From Octopus sinensis (Eukaryota), in contig NW_021832432.1 of assembly GCF_006345805.1 (NCBI RefSeq), positions 310,001 through 374,000 of the forward strand: a stretch of 64,000 nucleotides of DNA, in the 5' to 3' direction. Shown here in pieces: positions 63,790-64,000 of this stretch. The notes under the pieces are model-generated. The model was not told where the DNA came from, ran no database searches, and saw only the letters and a program-made list of their open reading frames with translations. Every line of letters begins with the position of its first letter. The first letter of the stretch is position 1. The translations under genes and the position numbers were made by a program.

Positions 63790-64000
63790 CTTTCAAACTC
63801 CACCTGTCTAACACCCGTGGACATGTTTACAAAGTCAGAAAACAGCACAGCTCCCATGACTTTTGGAAACATCTTTTCACGCTAAGAGTTGCTGAAGCAT
63901 GGAACAGACTGCCGGCATCTGTTGTTAGTTGTCGGAGCACTGCATCCTTCAAAACTTCCATGCTTCCTGAGATTCGCCAACACTACACCTGATTTTCTCC
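63790..64000 (+). mobile_element. CR1-like LINE ORF2 3' end, runs off the window
   Basis: FKLHLSNTRGHVYKVRKQHSSHDFWKHLFTLRVAEAWNRLPASVVSCRSTASFKTSMLPEIRQHYT*; TRGH..RV..WN.LP..VV is typical of CR1. Confidence 0.8.

Overview
AT-rich, microsatellite- and transposon-dense animal genomic DNA. The SINE/MITE repertoire looks like an octopod cephalopod (Octopus-like); this is recognition from memory, not a database result. The window holds the 3' two-thirds of one + strand gene, a Fes/Fer-family non-receptor tyrosine kinase: end of the FX coiled coil (956-1112), SH2 domain (25855-26052, 30282-30458) and a complete kinase domain (30282-45513, stop TAG at 45511-45513). All introns are GT-AG and phase-compatible; the F-BAR exons lie upstream of the window. 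Most ORFs in the supplied track are microsatellite or repeat artefacts. Most interesting observations: (1) three separate phase-0/0 exons in the FX-SH2 linker (3143-3274, 10178-10381, 22861-23058), each starting with Asp and ending Glu|GT and each about one vertebrate linker long, suggesting a mutually exclusive exon cluster with position-specific Rbfox motifs; (2) a (TA)n-embedded short element family with a decayed hammerhead-ribozyme core, present once singly and once as a 273-bp tandem dimer (retrozyme/Penelope-like); (3) a head-to-tail array of about 10 diverged SINEs joined by (ATT)n tails, with strong strand bias; (4) inverted SINE pairs and fold-backs that would form intronic dsRNA; (5) a MITE-born 30-bp minisatellite, Helitrons with extended terminal palindromes, and LINE remnants (RTE, CR1, CRE-like).
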